In this document: piece by piece, positions 9,168-11,130 of the stretch | Layout: each line of letters begins with the position of its first letter | Position numbering within the stretch: position 1 is the first letter of the stretch | Virus record (IMG/VR): IMGVR_UViG_3300033463_000046 | Source of the DNA: a virus | Lineage: Duplodnaviria > Heunggongvirae > Uroviricota > Caudoviricetes | Reading direction: 5' to 3' (one strand) | DNA: 11,130 nucleotides | Translations under genes and position numbers: made by a program | The notes under the pieces: model-generated | Database searches by the model: none | Told to the model about the DNA's origin: nothing | What the model saw: only the letters and a program-made list of their open reading frames with translations

Positions 9168-10019
9168 ATGTTGAATTTAAATTTCGGAATAATTTTCGGC
9201 TTAGAAAATATCCCATCTTTTAAGAATGGATCTGGAATTCATATAAAAAAGAAAAATCGAGGAAAATTTACTAAGTCAGCAAAAGCAGCAGGAGAATCTG
9301 TTCAAGAACATGCTGCTCATGTATTATCAGATCCTAATGCTACTCCTCTATAGAAGAAGAGAGCCAATTTTGCTAGAAATGCTGCTAAGTGGAAACACCA
9401 ATAGGGAGGAACACTAAAGTTAACTCCTGAAGAATAGAATTATTTAGCTTGGAGTAAATTATCTCCAGAATAGAAACGTCAGAGAAATACTAACATAGCT
9501 AAGAGTTTTATTAATAGAGGACCTTCAGTAAGTAATTATTGGAATGCTGCTAAAGCATATTTCGGAGGTTTTAATCCTACTAATCCGAATTTAAATACAG
9601 GTAATGCTCCAGCTGTAATGATGCAAGCTGGAAGTGCTGCATCTTTCGCTAATGCAATATCCAGTGCACGTAGAGCTTACTCAGCTACTGGTCCAAATAA
9701 CGCATTTAGTCTTACTAAATTATGGAGAATGGTAAATAAAAAAGTAGGACGAAACTTGGACTCTGAAGAGTTAATAGATATTATTCATAGTACTCTTGGT
9801 GATGATGTTAGAATTGAAGGAGCTATGGGTAATAATGGTTTTCCGATAATAAGAATAACAGAAGAACAAGCTAATAATCTTGTTAATTCTTTAAGACCTG
9901 AAACTATGTTAAAGAAGGGTGGTAAAACCCATAAACCATTTGGACATAGAAGTATATTAGATAATGGATGGCAATCAACTAAATAGTTAAAGAATAAGAA
10001 GAATGTATATGGGAAATAA
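9168..10019 (+). CDS. Basic hypothetical protein with GG motifs (283 aa with TAG=Gln)
   Basis: Track ORFs 9168..9353 and 9618..9986 are one frame, joined by TAGs at 9351, 9402, 9435, 9471 and 9984 and ending at TAA 10017-10019. It contains GSGIHIKKKNRGKFT...ATPLQKKRANFARNAAKWKHQQGG and a C-terminal KKGGKTHKPFGHRSILDNGW. Confidence 0.85.
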
Positions 10020-10293
10020 ATATGGAAACATATATTATAATCCCGTATCAAGTTTACGAACTCCTCCAGAATAGAAAATTCCTTTAAGAACTATCTTCTA
10101 GGCAAAAAGTGGAGGATTTAGTTCTAAACGAGTATGTGGGGTTATAGGATGGCTAGTGCTTATGTTCTGCTTCGTATGGTGCGTAGTTAATGGATCACCT
10201 GCTCCAGAATTCTCAGTGGAGTTAGTAGGAGGATGTGTTGCACTATTAGGTGTAGATAAAATATCAGAAGCAATTAGTGGATTAAGAAGATGA
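10009..10293 (+). CDS. Putative holin / small two-helix membrane protein (94 aa)
   Basis: The frame runs from ATG 10009 (overlapping the upstream stop) through TAGs at 10072 and 10099 to TGA 10291-10293. It reads ...SSKRVCGVIGWLVLMFCFVWCVVNGSPAPEFSVELVGGCVALLGVDKISEAISGLRR, with two hydrophobic segments and a basic tail. The start is less certain than the C-terminal part. The holin function is inferred from size, topology and context. Confidence 0.62.
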
Positions 10294-10547
10294 AAAAATT
10301 ATTATTAATACTTGTTGCATTTTTAATATCCTGTAGTACTACTAAAATAGTACCAAAATATTAGAGTTATGAATAGTTAGATTCTATTTTTAAAGCTGAA
10401 AGGATTTTAACATATGATAGTTTACCTTTACAAGATTATGAAACTAAGAAATGGTTTTACGAATACTTCTTTATAAGAGATTCTTTAGTAATACGCTGGA
10501 TACCAAGAGGAGACAGCGTTCAAATATTTAAGAGGATAGACAAATGA
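10290..10547 (+). CDS. Lipoprotein (85 aa), possible o-spanin-like or host-envelope protein
   Basis: MKKLLLILVAFLIS-C has a basic N-region, a hydrophobic core and a lipobox Cys15. TAGs at 10362 and 10374; TGA 10545-10547; ATGA overlaps at both ends. Confidence 0.8.
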
Positions 10548-11095
10548 ATTTCGGATTAATTAAATCTAATTTAACTGGAGATGAAAAACATTTTTATTCT
10601 ACATAGCCTGTAAGTATGTAGTTTACACATAGAATAGATAAAGTATTTAATCAAGGTTCTGACCCTATCTGTGCTGCTTGTGCTACATGTAACTATTTAA
10701 ATTGGAGATATCCAGAGAAATAGTGGGATCCTTGGGAATTATTCCATAATGCTGGAGGTACTTCCGAAGGTATATCTTTTAAAGAGATTCTCTCTTATCT
10801 ACGAAAGAAAGGAATAATCCAAGAATATGCTTTAGTACATTCCGAACAAGCTTTAAAAACAGCTATTAGAGTTAATGGTCCTTGTCTCGGAGCTTTAAAT
10901 GTTTATAATTCTAATGATTGTAACTTCTGGGATGGAAGAAGGTTAGAAGGTGGTCATGGTATATCTTTAGTTGGATGGTAGAATGATGACTTCATTATTC
11001 AAAATAGTTGGGGAGAAGAGTGGTGTAAGAATGGTAACACTATACTACCTTCTAATAGATTTAGTTTATTATTAGAAACTTGGACAATAATCTAA
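10544..11095 (+). CDS. Papain-family (peptidase C1) cysteine protease (183 aa with TAG=Gln)
   Basis: The full catalytic layout is in order: VFNQGSDPICAAC (oxyanion Gln37, catalytic Cys43, with papain's 6-residue spacing), GGHGISLVGW (His138) and FIIQNSWGEEW (Asn154). TAGs at 10604, 10619, 10721 and 10979; TAA 11093-11095. Confidence 0.9.
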
Positions 11096-11130
11096 AAAAT
11101 AAGCGGACTCTCTTAATTGAGGGCCCGCTT
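11095..11130. terminator. Intrinsic terminator hairpin, possibly bidirectional
   Basis: AAGCGG-A-CTCTC-TTAATT-GAGGG-C-CCGCTT (11101-11130) forms a stem-loop with one mismatch and one G-U pair, 5 nt after the peptidase stop. The preceding A-rich run gives a U-tract on the minus strand. Any plus-strand U-tract would lie beyond the window edge. Confidence 0.7.

Noticed and set aside
9785-10051. Minus-strand 88-aa ORF
   Set aside because: Antisense to the 9168-10019 gene and the start of the holin-like gene.
10022-10087. ATG at 10022 as the start of the holin-like gene
   Set aside because: That frame closes at TAA after 21 codons. The hydrophobic helices are in the frame of ATG 10009.
1-11130. 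Suppressor tRNA (CUA anticodon) or release factor gene
   Set aside because: The window is almost fully protein-coding and no tRNA cloverleaf or release factor motif was seen. If present, these lie elsewhere in the genome.

Overview
This AT-rich window is a segment of a crAss-like (Crassvirales, probably Bacteroidota-infecting) phage genome that uses a reassigned genetic code in which TAG is read as an amino acid, most likely Gln (code 15). The standard-code ORF track therefore fragments or misses many genes. Translating by hand with TAG read through gives 15 complete genes plus one partial gene. All 15 end in TAA or TGA, and I count 39 in-frame TAGs. The minus-strand operon runs from 9062 to beyond base 1: PD-(D/E)XK nuclease, two tandem Cys-rich Zn-finger-like paralogs, GroES-like co-chaperonin, DUF2158/YodC-like protein, a basic Gln-rich protein with repeated Kxx(x)GG motifs, a possible small terminase, terminase large subunit (783 aa), a small hypothetical, portal (721 aa) and two probable virion proteins. 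After a ~105 bp divergent intergenic region, the plus-strand operon (9168-11095) encodes a basic GG-motif protein, a holin-like membrane protein, a lipoprotein and a papain-family (C1) cysteine peptidase, followed by a terminator hairpin. The last three genes are absent from the ORF track. No tRNA, CRISPR array, intron or intein is evident. All assignments come from manual translation and motif recognition; no database searches were run.
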